The notes: a model not told the origin generated them from the letters alone. Numbered from the whole stretch's first letter, positions 34,167-46,884 are shown. The stretch: 58,625 nt of DNA, filler included, from Basidiobolus ranarum (GCA_040143965.1; 3 parts of 3 records of this genome joined end to end with filler, not necessarily neighbours in it); one strand, 5' to 3'. Translations and numbers: made by a program.

Positions 34167-36638
34167 TTAACTAAGCATTAATAACCCCCTCTCCCGATTA
34201 TAAATATATTTATCACGCCTGTAAATTTTTTGCATTATAACTATCTTGTTTGTACAAATAAACAAAGGATTGAATAACAATGGACCGGACCCTTGGAATG
34301 TGCTGATATGAAATTGATAAGTGTTAGTATACTGATATGATATGACTATTACGCAACAAACATTTACAACTGGGAATTCTATTCATCATAATAAGCTTCC
34401 ACCAACCATTGGCGAATGCTTATTTACTATTCAATGCCAAGGTTTAATGTAGATCGACGGAGTTATCGGTGCCACCGCATCACTGTACCACCATACCACC
34501 ACATCATTAGATCTAAGGAAGGACAGATTTAAGGTTCAGTGGGGCCAATATTCCACTAATAGTTGAGACATAACATTCCAAGTCCAGAGCGCAAAATAGC
34601 ATCTGGGCCTTTCATGACGATTACATGGTGAGTTGGCATAAGAAACATGATATCAGCGAGTACTTAATGCATTCAACATTTAGATTCTTCATTTAATCAA
34701 GGTGTAGATGGTCAGGGTTAGGGTTAGGGTACCTATATATCTACATTAACACCAATTATTGGTGAGACGTTGCTCATGATGCTAATATCCAATTCTTTAT
34801 TAATTACCTCTCCTTCACAGGATTCGAAACCCCCTCCTACATATTACAAAACGTATTGCCAAATCCGTTTTATTCCAGTGTTGCTTTTCCAATGCTCAGC
34901 CATAAGGTCGTGTGTTATTTGTTTCGTTATGACTCAATATAAATAGATTACTGATACGTCCCATTGACCTGAGACTTGCTAGTTAAAAAGGTAGTGACCT
35001 TATTTGATACTCCCTAGTTCTACATTCGCCGCATTCGAGGATGCATATATCCATTCATGAACCAAGTTTGGAGTGAGATACTTCTGGACATATTATTAAA
35101 GTTTAAGTGGGGTGAGCATAAACACGAATAATCTGAATGGTGTAACATGAGTTTCATTTTCAACAATACATTGAAGGATGATGGTTAAAGTTGGATTTGG
35201 AATTTTTACAAATACGTACTAAATGTATCACTGGTAGATTACTGGCTATTCAATTTTTACAAAAACAATCCGACTATTTTACTGAGGATTTGGGGTGTAG
35301 GCAAGTAAAATTTAATCCCCAGTCTCTGGTCATCTCTGCTAACTCTAGATCTTTGTCCTATCTCTAGTCTGCTAATACCGTATACATATTTTTTCTGAAA
35401 CATATTAGAGGAAGTGGCTAGTTTGTTCTTGCACGAGACCGACTCCGCACATTTGGAATGTCAATATGCAACACTTTTGGACTGTTGCTCAAGGTACTGT
35501 TAATCAATGCTCAGGGTCATAACGCCTGATTCAAATGCTTAGAAATCATTACCTAAATGAACCACAATATCCACAATGGTTGTGATACGACCATTGGAAT
35601 GGGTCTTTCAAAGCCATTCCTTCTGTTCACTCTTGGTGAAAGAAAGTTTTCAAGTGGAAATGCGTTTGAGCATGGGAGATGCATTAACGATTAGAGGGTT
35701 TAGTGAGTGGAAATGTGACTGTGAAATATATATAATATAATAATTAGAATAGTTGAAATTGTTTAGCAAAAATTGAGTGGATTTAAGTAAATTTTCAAAT
35801 GAATTTTATTGACCTACAGATTACTCTTTCGCTTGTAAATGATTGGCTTTGAGTGGATTTTCATCTAAATATCGTCACTCTCTTGATCATGGTTACAGTT
35901 CTTCGATTAAAATTATTCCGGTAAAAGTGTTGAAAGAGCAAGAAAACATCGATCAATAGGGAGTCGAGATCACTGATGTTACTAATAAACCATCGAGGGT
36001 AAACTTGATTCTGCTAATAGTATTGTACTCCTTTCTGTACTGTAAGGTGATGATGAAGGGGGTAGCACGAGAAGCTATATGGATGAAACATACAGGAGCA
36101 TCCAGACAGAGTACTAATCATAGAAAGTAAACAACTCTGATGAACTAACTAGTGGAAGTTCCATTGAAGCAGTCTCTGACTGACATTTGCAACGATCACT
36201 ATCAGTCCTTAGTGATACTGACTTGTAAAGAATTATTTTGGAATTTCATTCATAAAAATAGAACAAACTAACCCCGATTAGGATATTCCTTATAAACACA
36301 TTCCATTCTAAATTTAGGAAAGAACCACCCAAAGTAACTGATCATTTTCAAATACCACGAAATGCCACGAAATCTTTGGTATCCTCTTTATCTTCCTTCC
36401 CGTGCATCAACGTGGCAACTTGCCAAATCCATTTCACTTCACTCACCATTAGTATGGGAACTTGTACTAATTTAATAGATTAAAGGTTAAAGATTTAGTC
36501 AGTCTTGAAAATACTCCATTAAGAAAGAAGGTGAAATTTCATTTATTATAATCAACATCTATTAAAATGACCAGTGAACTTTTCCAAATTACAATCCAGG
36601 TAATATGGAAGTGAAGGGAATCTATTGAATGAATCTAT

Positions 36639-37250
36639 TTAATCCCGGAAAGTTTTGTAAGTACCAGGAGTACAATCAGTCTCGGTAATATCGACATTGT
36701 TGAAGTCATATTTATCATCCATTTCAACGTAGTATTTTTCGAGACCAACCATGAAATCGATTTGGTTATCACCGAAGCTCCAACCTTGATCATCGACACG
36801 AACACATCCATTATGAGTTTGTCCATTGGGTAGTTCGATTCCTTCCAATTGCTTAACCATCAAAAGAGTTCCTTGAGGAAGATCATTGGATGCTACACTG
36901 ACGAAGGGTACCAAAGGATTGTCCCAAGCACCGATACCATATGGGTAAACTTTCTCACTGATAAAAGAAAAGCAGCTGTAACCACCATTGCAATCACATT
37001 GGAGATTGATCACTTTCCCATTACCCAAGATAGCAGTACCTTCCATACGAGCAGCTGAGGCGAATTGTTGACTAACAGTAGCAAGAGTCTCACCAGAGCA
37101 GTTCTGGAGTTCAACATCCTTAGGTCCGGTGAAATCACTCTCCTCAGAAATCCAGTAATAAGTCATCTTCACTTCTTTGGCAAGGACGACGGTTTCAAGG
37201 CAAGCAAGTCCGAGAGAAGCGGCGAGTAAAAGTCTTAAAGTAGAGAACAT
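36639..37250 (-). CDS. Secreted 3D-domain / MltA-like double-psi beta-barrel protein, copy 2
   Basis: Close paralog of 28141-28755 (TYYWISEESDFTGPKDVELQ, SVASNDLPQGT, CVRVDDQGW, QIDFMVG). Confidence 0.7.
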   Translation of the reverse strand: MFSTLRLLLAASLGLACLETVVLAKEVKMTYYWISEESDFTGPKDVELQNCSGETLATVSQQFASAARMEGTAILGNGKVINLQCDCNGGYSCFSFISEKVYPYGIGAWDNPLVPFVSVASNDLPQGTLLMVKQLEGIELPNGQTHNGCVRVDDQGWSFGDNQIDFMVGLEKYYVEMDDKYDFNNVDITETDCTPGTYKTFRD

Positions 37251-37985
37251 CTTGATGTTTATTGATCAGTGCAGTAGGTTATGAAGATGTCAGTGTTTGG
37301 ATATTTGTATTTATATCTTATCACTAGGTTCAGTGGTTGCTAGTACATGAGATAAATCATGGACCGGTTACCTTCCCCATAAGCACAACTTTCATTTAGC
37401 ATAGGTAACTGACCAGTTGAAATAAACCACTTGAAGTTGTTCTTGGGAAAGATTCCATTGATATCTTCCCAAACAAAAGATGTCCTTGTAAATAATTCCA
37501 CGCATTTAAGAATAGACTTGATTAATTTAAATTTTCTGAAAGTTGGCAGGATATAGACCATCTGAAATGAACCAATCCGGCCCTATTCCATCTTTACTAC
37601 TTGATTTGCTAACTGTCTCGCGGCTTTATAGATTATTGGCGGATTATTGGCGGTTGAAGATTTAATCCGTTCTGGACTAGTTTGGATCTGCGTCCAAGAT
37701 TCGGTAACCGATATATTGGATCTAAAGGAAATTACCTATCATGGTATTTATGAGATGCGGTATGGACGGGTACAAATAATGATGATAGAATACCCCATCT
37801 TATTACCGATATTCACAAAGGGGTAAGATCAATTTCTATGGTTTCCTCTTACGAATCAATAAAAATCAATGCCACTTTCACTCAATATTTATGGTTAATT
37901 GGTATAAATTTATTCGAATATCTAGGGTATTGTTGAATCTAGGGTATTGAAGTATTGAGGATATCTGGTTATTGCTAAATCATAT

Positions 37986-39053
37986 TTAAGGACATCCACT
38001 AGATCCACATCTCTGATCTGATGGAGTGGGATCGCGATAGAAAGGCATACTACTTCCGAGGCATTCCGGTAGACTAACAAGTTTCCAGTTACAGCTCTTC
38101 AGGTATTCGATGGCTCGTTGTGCCAACGGGATGGTTTTGGGGTAATTGCCAGGTCTGAAGTCGGCAGTAGTATTCCAAACATCATGGTTGAGAGCTATGA
38201 ATTTACCTACAGTAGGATCGGTCGACCCAGTTTGTTCTCTATATTCGTTGTACATTTCACGAACGGTATTTGTAGGATCCCAGTCCACTGGGTCAACATT
38301 CCAATTCACCACTGTGTAGTCCATACGTTTCAAAATCTTGAGTGAAGGGGTATCGGTGTCGCCATAGGGTGGTCTGATACAAGTAGGGACCTTATTTAGT
38401 ATAGTAGCAAAAGCGTTATTAAGACGGGATATTTCATAAGTAACATTGTATTCGTTCACGGTGATAAGATCCACATGTCCCCAAGTATGTGAGCATATCT
38501 GATGACCCAAGCTGTAAACACGCTGAACTACATCTGCAAGTTGATAGATACTGAGGGTTGGGTTTAGAGTATCGTAGTTCTTCCAGTTTAGTCCATTCAT
38601 AAAGAAGGTAGCTTTTACATTTTGTGTTTGTAGATAGTCCAGTAACCCAGAAGTGAGCACACTTGGGCCATCATCGAAAGTAACAGCAAAGGTGCCTGGA
38701 ACAGAGCAGCCAGTGTTTACTGTGGCCAAAGTTCCATCGTCACAGGCACCGTACGCTGACTGGCAGTTGGTCCCACAATGATCAGATGTATACCCACAAT
38801 AACCATATTCACTACAACAAAGCCCTGGAGCACACGAGCCAATTTGAGCACCGCAAGTCTGGTCCAAATAGCGTAGGCTGTTTGTAACAACCACTGGAGA
38901 GGTATCAGCAGCAGGAGAAGATATTTTCTCGCCTTTGGATCCGCCACCTCCTAAATTAACCTTTACATCTATAACCGCATGGGCAGGGGAAGTTAAGAAT
39001 GTACTTGTCAATGCAAGACTAGTAACGAAGAGAAGGCAGGTTCTTGAAATCAT
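37986..39053 (-). CDS. Secreted chitin deacetylase (CBM18 + CE4), copy 2
   Basis: Same length (355 aa) as copy 1. TFDDGP, HTWGH, RPPYG, DPVDW and LNHD are intact, as is the hevein module. Confidence 0.93.
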   Translation of the reverse strand: MISRTCLLFVTSLALTSTFLTSPAHAVIDVKVNLGGGGSKGEKISSPAADTSPVVVTNSLRYLDQTCGAQIGSCAPGLCCSEYGYCGYTSDHCGTNCQSAYGACDDGTLATVNTGCSVPGTFAVTFDDGPSVLTSGLLDYLQTQNVKATFFMNGLNWKNYDTLNPTLSIYQLADVVQRVYSLGHQICSHTWGHVDLITVNEYNVTYEISRLNNAFATILNKVPTCIRPPYGDTDTPSLKILKRMDYTVVNWNVDPVDWDPTNTVREMYNEYREQTGSTDPTVGKFIALNHDVWNTTADFRPGNYPKTIPLAQRAIEYLKSCNWKLVSLPECLGSSMPFYRDPTPSDQRCGSSGCP

Positions 39054-39094
39054 ATTGATTGAATAACACTAAATAACTGTTTGACATTCAGGTG

Positions 39095-39194
39095 NNNNNN
39101 NNNNNNNNNNNNNNNNNNNNNNNNNNNNNNNNNNNNNNTTAATTAATTAANNNNNNNNNNNNNNNNNNNNNNNNNNNNNNNNNNNNNNNNNNNN
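39095..39194. other. Artificial contig linker
   Basis: 44 N + TTAATTAATTAA + 44 N. Confidence 0.97.
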
Positions 39195-39324
39195 GCATAA
39201 GCTTTTCACCAGAGGTCAAGGCGCAGTCAGTAATACATTGAGTAGGATATTTGAATGGGAAATCAACAGCAGAGACAACAACTGAGGCGGCAAGAACCGC
39301 AAGGGCTTTAGAGGCAAAATACAT
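39195..39324 (-). CDS. Small secreted Cys-containing protein, 3' truncated at the contig edge
   Basis: MYFASKALAVLAASVVVSA signal peptide, then VDFPFKYPTQCITDCALTSGEKL. TATA-like tataaa upstream on the minus strand (~39379-39384). Confidence 0.7.
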
Positions 39325-42131
39325 GATAACAATATAAGTTTTTACTTATAACTCTAGTTAAGTAGACCAAACGGAGTATTTATAAGCTTACAGGACCCAC
39401 GTTATATATAACCTTTTATAGACCAGACTGGCAGTATCAACCTAGACATATTTCAATATTCTTGGCATATAACTAATTTGGTAATTATCTTCATATCTCG
39501 GTTGGTAGAAGAGTTTGTCAACTATGAAAAATTTAGAAAGATAGTAAATAGAGAAAGTAGACTTTCAAATCAGCACAATCAGAAATCAGTAGATATTGTA
39601 AAAATAAAACACATCTACATATATCTGATTAATGCTGAAGGCCAGGTATATTATATTCCATAACCATTACCAACCTAGGGGCTCATGTATCCTTGCATAT
39701 TCCGAAGTTATCAAGAGTGGCTACTATGGTTAGAATTTAGTAGTGATTTGTAAAAGATCAGTCAATTTATTAAGTGCATACAATATATATATACGATTAT
39801 TGATTGACTCACGTAGCGCATTTACACTTGATTCAAATAGCATATAATCGGTCGTAATTGATTTCATCGAACATGATCTAAGTTGACTCATTTCGCAACA
39901 ACTATGACGCAGACTAGATCGATTAAATTATTCCTCACTTATGATCGGATCACCTTCAATCTTCTGAATCTAACTATATTGTGTTAGAAATTTTCTCATC
40001 TGGTAAAGTTTCTTCGCCTTTGCTGACAAGATTAGAGTTACAAACTAATGACCTTTCTAGGATCTTATGGTCATCACTGTCTTCAGTAAGTTTTCTCTTC
40101 AGTCCAGCAATGAGGCTTGAGATATGCTGATTAGGGTAATGACAAGGTACTCCCCAATTCTCTTGGTGAAAGTTGATGTGATGTATATTTGGCTAATATG
40201 AATAATAACATACCCAAATCTGCTCTGATGAGGAGAATAGAAGAGGTGCTTGAACTTGTATAATGTTTTCTGTATCTTATATCGGCATGCTTTAATCACA
40301 TATACAATTCAGTCTAAATTGTTGTTAAGTATTTCACTGGTAGTCAATAATAGGGGTGAGTTAATATAGACACAAGTATAATTGAATGATCAAACAGCGA
40401 TAATCCAAAATCCACAAACTCTTGAATTAGTCAATTCAATCATATCGCGTTTTAAAAGATATTTGAGAACGTATTACGCGGTGTATATACATGCAGCGAT
40501 CTCCATGAATTCAGTAGTATTTGCTACAAATCATTTTGCGCTGTGGTTCGATTTCCTTCGATCTCCATGGTGATATGTGTTACAAATTGTATTTTAGTAG
40601 CGCTATATACAGTGTCTGGTACACTGAATCATTTTCTCATCTGATTCAGTAAAGCAAGAATAAGGTGAGAATTCTTGAATAATATTGAACAAAGTATCAA
40701 CCAACCAACTCTGCCCTCAAGTCACAAGATTATAGGGTGCTTTAAGTGAGTAACTCCAAATTCTGGATGGGCCGAAAGAGTTTGTTGAAATTGCTTAGTG
40801 AATGTTTACTACAATACATATGTCTACTTGAAGAATAAACAATTGTGCATGCTCGATTAGTATCTACATGTTCCGGATGAATACTGTACACATTCAGTTC
40901 ATGGTTTTGTAAGCACATTGATTGATTGCCATGATTATGGAAAAAATATAATCTAGTTAGGAGATCTTTGATCGGTTATAATCAATTAAGTTAATTGCTC
41001 AATATGTAGATTTAATTGCAAACGAAAGATCAAACTCCGAATGAATTAGTAACTTGCTCTATAATTTGCAGGTATTTTTATTAATCCTAAATGACTGAAG
41101 GGTTAGGGTCAAAGAATCAATTTTCAACAATGGAGCATTTCATGTCTCAGTCATTCACTGCTTAACACCATCTTAACAGTTACTATGGTTACTATAGTTA
41201 CAACGTCGTAGCTATAATAACTCTGGTCTTTATTATATAACTCATTATTCACAGAAGCAGACATGAATGAACAAGTAAAGGTCTACAAATTACGGTTGAA
41301 ATTAACATAGCCTATTTAGTTATTCCATATTTCACTAAGAAATTCCCTATTATTCTCAATCGTAATTTACTTGGAATATTGACACCAACTTAGAAATTCT
41401 CAGATATATGGATTTTCAAACTTGTGCTAGAAGCCCCAAACTTTGCCATATGTTCCTGGAACCTTCCTTGACACATTTTACACGTTACTTTGTTTAAATC
41501 TCGACAAAACTGTAAATGTCAACTTTCTACTCACTAAGTCAATAAATGAAAACCATCAAGTCTTCCTAGTTCTCCAAACCACTTCCAACATCTCCCCAAA
41601 TACATCAACAACTACTTCATTAATTGATTTAATTTTCATTTACTTCACTTTATTTCATCAGGAAGATGGTAGCAGTATTTGAGCTAGTCAAGTAATATAA
41701 CATTGATGAGTTGGAAATTCCTCAAAAGATAAACAAAAGGTCATCAACTAATCTGCTAAAAATAGTATTGCCATACAGCACTGTAAATATTTGCAAGTGA
41801 AAGCTCACGCATTCAACGACTACATGTCATATGTGCATAAGACCTATGTACTATACCCAGAGCTGACACAGATAAGTAACTTCTTTCTGAGCTTGATACT
41901 GAAAATGTCAAGTGGGGAGAGGAGGGTTAAGTTGTCATCAGAGGTAACTTTTCTTTAAATACTGAACCGGAACAGAATTGCAATGACAAAGGTTAAACCT
42001 GGCTTTACATCTGTCTCAATACAAAATAATCCCAAATAAAATTCAATCATTCATGATATACAGAAAGCAAATAAATACATAATGAGATTGATAAAATATA
42101 TATATGCTAGCCAAAACTTGCTTCTAAATGA

Positions 42132-42673
42132 TTAAGCGCTCTGGGTAAGCGCAGGTTTGGAATTTTGAGAGTAATTTGTCTTTACTACAATAGTAGCTAG
42201 AAAGAATTAATTAGATAAGGAAGGGCGTAGTATCGGGGTTAAGGAACTTTCTTACCAATAATGCATACTAAAATTCCTATTATAATTGCTGCAATCATTA
42301 AGCGTATTTTCATGTTTCCCCACCACATCCGCTTACGAGTCTGATTTGCACTTTGCTTAAATCGTATTGATCCCTTCTCTACATCACCTAATAGAACCGC
42401 TATATCAGAGTAGTGTTGGCATTGATAATGATGAAGCTCAAACTTACTTGCTTTGTAGGTTAAGCTGTCTAATTTTTCGCCACGATCCATAGCTCTACTG
42501 ATATTATCTCGCATGATGTTCACCACCTCATTTACTTGTTGTTGAGCTATGATAGATTTATGATTAGTGGTAGGCTGTGGCTGAGGCGCATTAGTGATAG
42601 GAACATCGTAAGTCCTTTTTGGAAATTTTTGTAAGTAAAGGTTAAATGAAGAGGGATGATAATAAACTTACAT
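42132..42673 (-). CDS. Synaptobrevin/VAMP R-SNARE (Snc-like)
   Basis: QQQVNEVVNIMRDNISRAMDRGEKLDSL (zero-layer R), FKQSANQTRKRMWW and a C-terminal TM helix. Three introns; the first (42615-42671) splits the ATG. Confidence 0.9.
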
Positions 42674-43115
42674 TTTGCAGCGTAATAGAGGCTTATCTCC
42701 ACATCGAGATGGATTTGCTCTATTTATATCAGAGAATTGGTAAAATCAAGTGGGTAAACTCTTAATCCAACATGGTAACTAGAAGGGAGTAAACTTGAAA
42801 AGATTCACTTTGACGTAATTCATGTAGGTTAAAACCCCTTGGTAAAACTGAGACTATCAATTAAACCAATTGGTATTTTGAATCTGGCGCTTTTTTTTGT
42901 TAAACATTGATTCTTGACCCCTTGACTCAGGTAAGTCAATATGTCTCAACCTAGGACCACAGACACTTCAAACCATTAACAGAGACGATCTCATCTGTAC
43001 AAAAGAAAATGAATAACAAAATAACATTGGATATTTATTGAATGTCTAGGGTATCTGTACAATGGATACTATCGGATGAATGTGAATATATGAATGAATG
43101 GTTGATTGGAGGCAA

Positions 43116-46100
43116 CTATTGATAATCGGAAATGGGAGGACATGAGCAGACAAGGTTACGATCACCGTAAGCATCATCAATTCTGGAAACGCTGGGCCAG
43201 AATTTGCGTTCTTTCAACCAGGCCTTAGGATAGGCTGCTTGCTCACGAGAGTAAGACTCCTTCCATTCGTCAACCATGAGGCGATCAAGAGGATGAGGAG
43301 AGTTCTTGAGCACATTGCCCACCTTGGGTTGCTTGCCTTCCTCGACAGCTCTGATCTCCTCACGAATGGAGATCATAGCATCACAGAATCGATCGAGCTC
43401 AGCCTTGGACTCGGACTCGGTGGGTTCAATCATCAGAGTGTTGGCAACAGGCCAGGACATAGTGGGTGAGTGGAATCCGTAATCTTGAAGACGCTTGGCA
43501 ACATCAATCGCTTCGATACCAGCTGTGGCTCCAAATGGTCGGATATCAAGGATAAACTCGTGAGCACACATACCATTCTCGTTAGTGTAGAGGACCTTGT
43601 AGTGATCTTGAAGACGGCTTCTCATGTAGTTGGCGTTGAGGATGGCTTGCTCGGTAGCTTCGGTGATACCCTTACCTCCCATCAATTTAACGTAAGCCCA
43701 AGAAATAGGAAGAATACTAGCGGAGCCAAAAGGAGCAGCGGATATGGGACCAATGGCCTTACCGCCACCAGTCTTGACCAATGGATGGCCAGGGAGGAAT
43801 GGAGCTAAGTGAGATTTGACACCAATAGGGCCCATACCTGGACCACCGCCACCATGAGGGATACAGAAGGTCTTGTGCAAGTTTAAGTGACAGACATCCG
43901 CTCCAATCTCTCCAGGAGAGCAAAGGCCGATCTGAGCATTCATGTTGGCTCCATCCATGTACACTTGACCACCGTTGCTGTGGATGATGTCGCACAGATC
44001 TTTGATGCCATCTTCAAATACACCGAAAGTGGATGGGTAGGTAACCATAACAGCAGACAATTTCTCCTTATGTTTCTCGGCCTTGGCTTTGAGGTCATCG
44101 AGATCCAAGTTACCATTGGGTGTGCAGTTGACAATTACGACTTTCATACCGGCCATGGCAGCGGAGGCAGGATTAGTACCATGAGCAGAGATGGGAATCA
44201 AACAGACATCACGTTGACTCTCACCACGAGATTCATGATATGCCTTGATCGTACGCAACCCCGCATACTCACCTTGAGCACCACTGTTAGGTTGAAGAGA
44301 AACTTGATCAAAGCCAGTGATTACAGCAAGGTCTTGAGAAAGCTCGTCAAGCATGATTTTGTAACCTTCAACTTGATCAGCAGGGGCGAATGGGTGGATA
44401 CTGCCAAATTCAGGCCAGGTGACAGGGATCATTTCAGTGGTAGCGTTCAATTTCATTGTGCAAGATCCAAGAGGAATCATGGAGTGAGTGAGTGAAAGAT
44501 CTTTGGATTGTAAGTAATGAATGTAGCGCAACATTTCAGTTTCAGAGCGATAACTGTTGAAAATTTGATGTTCTAGATACTTGGAAGTACGAGCAAGATT
44601 ATCTGGGAAACTTTGAGCTGGCTTATTCTCGCTAATGGCAAGTTCAGCGGCAAGAGTAGAGACATCAGGGACAGCTCCCTCGACTGAGAAAACCTTGAGA
44701 AGATCTTCGAGGTCTTTGCGAGTGACAGTTTCATCCAAAGTGACACCAACAGTGGTTTCGTTGATACGACGAAGATTGATGCCATTGTCTACAGCTCTTT
44801 TAATGACTGAATCAGAGCCATCTGTGACTTCGATAGTGAGGGTATCGAAGAATGTATCGTTCTTGATAGTATGACCGGCACGACGGATACCTTCGGAGAG
44901 TATGGTGGTGAGGTTGTGAACTCTCTGGGCAATTTGTTTGATCCCTTCAGGACCATGGTAAACGGCATACATGGCAGCCATGTTAGCTAATAATGCCTGA
45001 GCGGTACAGATGTTTGAGGTAGCCTTCTCACGGCGAATGTGCTGCTCACGGGTCTGAAGAGCCAATCGAAGTGCTTTTTTGCCAGTAGCATCCTTGGAGA
45101 CACCGACAATTCTACCAGGCATTCTTCTGGCGTTATCCTTGGTACAAGCAAAGAAGGCAGCATGAGGTCCACCATAACCAAGCGGAACTCCAAAACGCTG
45201 ACTATTACCCAAAACGATATCTGCACCAAACTCACCGGGTGGCTTCAACATAGTCAGAGCAAGGAGATCAGTGGCGCATACTACTTGGCCACCGAGTTTA
45301 TGGATTCTCTCGGTGAACTCCTGGTAATCAATGACGATGCCATCGTTGGCAGGGTATTGAATCAACACACCGGAGATATCTTTTTGAGCACTTTCAAAAT
45401 CGAAACTCTTGTAGTTACCGACGATCACGTTGATTCCGAAACCTTCAGCACGAGTTCTCAAGACTTCAATTGTCTGTGGATGACAGTTCTCATCCACAAA
45501 GAAAGATTTTTTCTTATTTCTGCTGGCAGTGAAGCACATAACCATAGCTTCACCAGCAGCAGTACCTTCATCCAATAAAGAGGCATTGGCAATCTCCATG
45601 CCAGTCAAATCGGTGACCATAGTTTGGTAGTTGAGTAATGATTCTAAACGACCTTGAGAGATTTCAGCCTGGTATGGGGTGTATTGAGTATACCACCCAG
45701 GGTTCTCCATCACATTTCTGAGGATAACATTGGGAACCACAGTGTCAGTATAGCCCATACCGATATACGTGCGGTAAACCTTGTTCTTGGAAGCAATAGC
45801 TTTCAAACGCTTGAGAAGCTCTCTTTCTGGATATCCGTTATCCAAAGCCAAGGTCTTAGCGGCACGAATGGAGGAAGGAACAGTTTTGGCAATGAGGTCA
45901 TCCACTGATTTCACACCAACTGTCTTTAACATAGCACTCATAGCTTGCTCACCAGACCCGTTATGGCGACGAGGGAAAGAGTCCAAAGGAGCAAACACAT
46001 CCTTGGCAGGGGGTTTAGCAGTGTGTAGAAATCTGGAGGCAAAGCGAGGGGCAAGTGTGGGTTTTGGAAGAGCTCTAACAACCAAAGGGGTTGAGAGCGA

Positions 46101-46163
46101 CTTCAAGGCAACAGTAGTACGGGAAGTCAAAAGACGAGTTGCCATACGAATATTAGAGGCCAT
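43116..46163 (-). CDS. GCV2: Glycine dehydrogenase (glycine cleavage P protein), mitochondrial
   Basis: Mitochondrial presequence, [36 protein letters not shown], the PLP-lysine motif [18 protein letters not shown] and [13 protein letters not shown]. 1015 aa. Confidence 0.97.
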   Translation of the reverse strand: MASNIRMATRLLTSRTTVALKSLSTPLVVRALPKPTLAPRFASRFLHTAKPPAKDVFAPLDSFPRRHNGSGEQAMSAMLKTVGVKSVDDLIAKTVPSSIRAAKTLALDNGYPERELLKRLKAIASKNKVYRTYIGMGYTDTVVPNVILRNVMENPGWYTQYTPYQAEISQGRLESLLNYQTMVTDLTGMEIANASLLDEGTAAGEAMVMCFTASRNKKKSFFVDENCHPQTIEVLRTRAEGFGINVIVGNYKSFDFESAQKDISGVLIQYPANDGIVIDYQEFTERIHKLGGQVVCATDLLALTMLKPPGEFGADIVLGNSQRFGVPLGYGGPHAAFFACTKDNARRMPGRIVGVSKDATGKKALRLALQTREQHIRREKATSNICTAQALLANMAAMYAVYHGPEGIKQIAQRVHNLTTILSEGIRRAGHTIKNDTFFDTLTIEVTDGSDSVIKRAVDNGINLRRINETTVGVTLDETVTRKDLEDLLKVFSVEGAVPDVSTLAAELAISENKPAQSFPDNLARTSKYLEHQIFNSYRSETEMLRYIHYLQSKDLSLTHSMIPLGSCTMKLNATTEMIPVTWPEFGSIHPFAPADQVEGYKIMLDELSQDLAVITGFDQVSLQPNSGAQGEYAGLRTIKAYHESRGESQRDVCLIPISAHGTNPASAAMAGMKVVIVNCTPNGNLDLDDLKAKAEKHKEKLSAVMVTYPSTFGVFEDGIKDLCDIIHSNGGQVYMDGANMNAQIGLCSPGEIGADVCHLNLHKTFCIPHGGGGPGMGPIGVKSHLAPFLPGHPLVKTGGGKAIGPISAAPFGSASILPISWAYVKLMGGKGITEATEQAILNANYMRSRLQDHYKVLYTNENGMCAHEFILDIRPFGATAGIEAIDVAKRLQDYGFHSPTMSWPVANTLMIEPTESESKAELDRFCDAMISIREEIRAVEEGKQPKVGNVLKNSPHPLDRLMVDEWKESYSREQAAYPKAWLKERKFWPSVSRIDDAYGDRNLVCSCPPISDYQ

Positions 46164-46884
46164 ATTACCAATGTGGCAGCTATGATAAAAAAAACCAATT
46201 AAACACAGAATCTGGGGGGTATGTTAAAGTAAATCACTTACAAGATAAAACTTCACTTGATAATATCGTCAAGCTCTAGGTCTACAATATATACATTCTT
46301 TATTCCACTGAGTAAAGATATTAAGAAATTTTGGTTATCCGCTGGTTTCGAGCCTTTCTTTGAGTCACGTCCAGAATATATTCATTATTGGTCAACCAGT
46401 AACAGTAGAATCCGAAATCTGGACTATCTCCAAGATCAGCGACCTCTCGCCTTGATATGTGACAGTTTTCAGAGGATCAATGAATTAACCCCACGATCAT
46501 GTGTTTATTTAGGTAGAGACTCGTACTAATCTGACACCATAGTGATCCTAATAGGTACCGATTATGTGTAACTTTCCCACCTTACTACCGCTTCCTCTAG
46601 CGGTTAAATTGAAATATCAAAATTGTCAAATCGCGACAGATTCATTCGCCTACAGGCGCTTTTTCCAGCAGATTTGATCCTTGAAACGTGCTAATTTTCT
46701 CAGTATTCAAGTATAGTGTCCTCTAGAAAAAGTAAGCTAATCATGCTACTAAACCAGTTGTTGTCCATTTAAACATTGTTGATTAAATCTGAAATGTAAA
46801 CAAATACTGATTGGATATTGATGTTTTTAGTTCAAAATAACCCAAGCATTTATTGACAGAGCTCAATTGTCGTTTCTTATTCGG

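Larger units (their letters stand above)
36515..39094 (-). repeat. Right arm of the inverted duplication; runs into the contig end
   Basis: Paralogous to 26117-28880. Segment 38984-39094 is the exact reverse complement of 26117-26227. Confidence 0.9.

Noticed and set aside
34818-34838. B-box-like ggattcgaaacccc suggesting a tRNA or SINE
   Set aside because: No cloverleaf or A-box could be built around it.
36046-36140. Possible box C/D snoRNA (TGATGA...CTGA, ~90 nt)
   Set aside because: No terminal stem or recognisable rRNA guide; such boxes occur often by chance. An Infernal/snoscan run would be needed.
26117-39094. Inverted arms as terminal repeats of a composite transposon
   Set aside because: The arms encode secreted enzymes, no transposase or target-site duplication is visible, and the interior has ordinary genes (GST, RPP1).
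39400-42100. Short 60-80 aa ORFs in the long intergenic region
   Set aside because: AT-rich, often with non-ATG starts, and no coding bias or motifs.
43239-46185. Many + strand ORFs (up to 202 aa) opposite GCV2; similar shadows over SMC1, Hsp70, NRAMP and the 3D genes
   Set aside because: Antisense shadow ORFs caused by codon bias of real genes; no recognisable motifs.
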